Source: Octopus sinensis (lineage: Eukaryota). From it: 64,000 bases of DNA. Each line of letters opens with the position of its first letter. Position 1 is the stretch's first letter. The notes below the pieces were generated by a model. That model searched no databases, was not told the DNA's origin, and was given only the letters and a program-made list of their open reading frames with translations. The DNA is taken from contig NC_043000.1 of assembly GCF_006345805.1 (NCBI RefSeq), positions 31,868,001 through 31,932,000 of the forward strand, in the 5' to 3' direction. Both the position numbers and the translations under genes were made by a program. This document shows, in pieces, positions 62,291-64,000 of this stretch.

Positions 62291-63035
62291 CGCAAATAAG
62301 CTTGTGATTAAGGACCTCGCATTGTAGCAGCGTAGTTTCCACTTGACCCCTTGTGCGCCACATCTTGAGCAACTGTCCTCTACTGCAGGCCCGGAGCCGA
62401 CTAAAACCTTGTGAGCGACTTTGTTAGAGTGTGGTCTCCTAAAAGTACTCATGGTACCTGGTGGTGATATTAAGTTGGATGATGGATTAAGTCTACTGAT
62501 CCAATAGATCATGGCGGAATTTGAAGTCAGGACACAAAGCGACCGAACAAATAAATACCGCAAGGCATCCGATCTGATTACGGTTTCGCCAATCCCTTTG
62601 CTCCGGATGGACAGCTTTTTTTATCGACCCTGGAAGGATGAAAAGCAAAGTTGATCTCGACGACATTTGAACCCAAATTGACTACAGTCGGAAGAAATTC
62701 TGTGAGGCAGTCGGTCCAACGCTCGAATAACTCCGCTAATTTCCCCAGAATATAGGAATGGACTAACGTCACACCTTGATCATCGGTGTTAATCGATTGG
62801 CGGGTTTCTGGCTTTTAAACGCGTGATTTTTGTTTGGTTTACTTTAGTAGCGATAGGAATGAGAGGAATCAAGTGTAATATCTCATTTTCCATAATAGAT
62901 AAACACACACACACACGCACAAACACATGCGGGAGTATGGCCGCAACCTTGCACTTAGAAAAATGCTTGAGCACTTAGAAAAACATTTGAAGCGATTAAG
63001 AGGAAATTACCAGAGAACCCTATGACCGTAAAAAA

Positions 63036-63103
<68 letters not shown>

Positions 63104-63142
63104 CTTTCTCTGTCTGTGTCTTTATCTCGCTTCTTCTCTCTC

Positions 63143-63197
<55 letters not shown>

Positions 63198-63307
63198 GTC
63201 TGTTTACCTGTCTACCTCTCTGAAATGGGAAAATGGTTCTACGAGTATATTCATTCTTTACTTTTCTTATTTGATAAACTGTATCGATTTTGGTTGTCGT
63301 CGTCGCC

Positions 63308-63352
63308 ATCACACTGAAGAAGTCCAGTTTAGACTGAAATGCGTTTATGTTG
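63308..63352 (+). ncRNA. Partly decayed minimal hammerhead
   Basis: CTGAAGA-AGTC(CAGTTTA)GACT-GAAA-TGC-GTT; core and stem II intact, stems I and III mutated. Confidence 0.45.
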
Positions 63353-64000
63353 TATAGGAATTTTATCATTTTTATCAGTTTCGAAATAAAAATACAAAGT
63401 AGAGTAAATACGTTTCTCCAGCTGACTTTGAATTATTACTGCTTATACTGTAACTGAATATGGAATAGATTTCGGCCCTTTAGCTATGGTAAAATTGATG
63501 GACCCATGATGATGACACCTGTAAAAAAATATCCTAGCAATTGTTTAACACCATAAATTGTGAAAATAGAAATAATACATTTCTAAATCTCTCAGAGAGA
63601 TTTATGCAGTCGCAGCACGATAAAGTGATAGTATGCTGTCAACTTAATGTGACAGTCTCATGAAAGGAAAGAATGCTACTGTTATTTAGCCCTAGGAAAC
63701 ATCGTTTCCAGTTGGCCTTGACACATTTTTTGTGTCCTTATGTTTTCAAAAGGGGAGACAAGCACCTCCACATAGCAAAGCCAGCAACCAGAGACTAGTT
63801 TCAAAGTCATTGCGCATCATCAACCAGAGAATGGTTGATTCTTTTTCAAAATCGAAAACATTACAAATTCAACAAGATTTTCATTCACGGCATTCGCTCT
63901 CCTTTCCCTGCAATATATCATCGCTAATCATAAATAACACCCACAGTAAAAAGTCCAAACTGCTGTTATTCGAGGTCTCTATTATTGGCGGTCTCTGGCA

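Overview
No intact host protein-coding gene is recognisable in this 64 kb window. It is very AT-rich, microsatellite-dense eukaryotic DNA, probably intergenic or intronic. The three recurrent tRNA-headed SINE families look like those I recall from Octopus, so a coleoid cephalopod is my inference, not a database result. The window is a mosaic of decayed mobile elements: Penelope-like elements (PLEs; GIY-YIG remnants at about 1.2, 21.5, 23.6 and 37.2 kb), R4/Dong-type RLE LINEs (one near full length at 41-45 kb), CR1-like and RTE LINE pieces, a Tc1 transposase remnant, MITEs and Helitrons (one head-to-tail dimer). The most notable signal, found by reading both strands by eye, is about 15 hammerhead-ribozyme (HHR) motifs of several architectures. 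(i) A ~351-nt HHR repeat unit is arranged as a partial tandem plus an inverted copy, with two intact HHRs on opposite strands (29.9-30.6 kb) and an older relative at 22.5-23.1 kb. (ii) A second ~350-nt unit carries an HHR with a 14-nt palindromic stem III (48.5-48.95 kb). (iii) Several HHRs have stem II expanded to 47-77 nt. (iv) Short repeats carry recurring non-canonical cores. Together these suggest a retrozyme-like, PLE-dependent small-RNA retroelement system. All folds were done manually; none has been tested computationally or biochemically. Most long ORFs in the supplied track are microsatellite artefacts.
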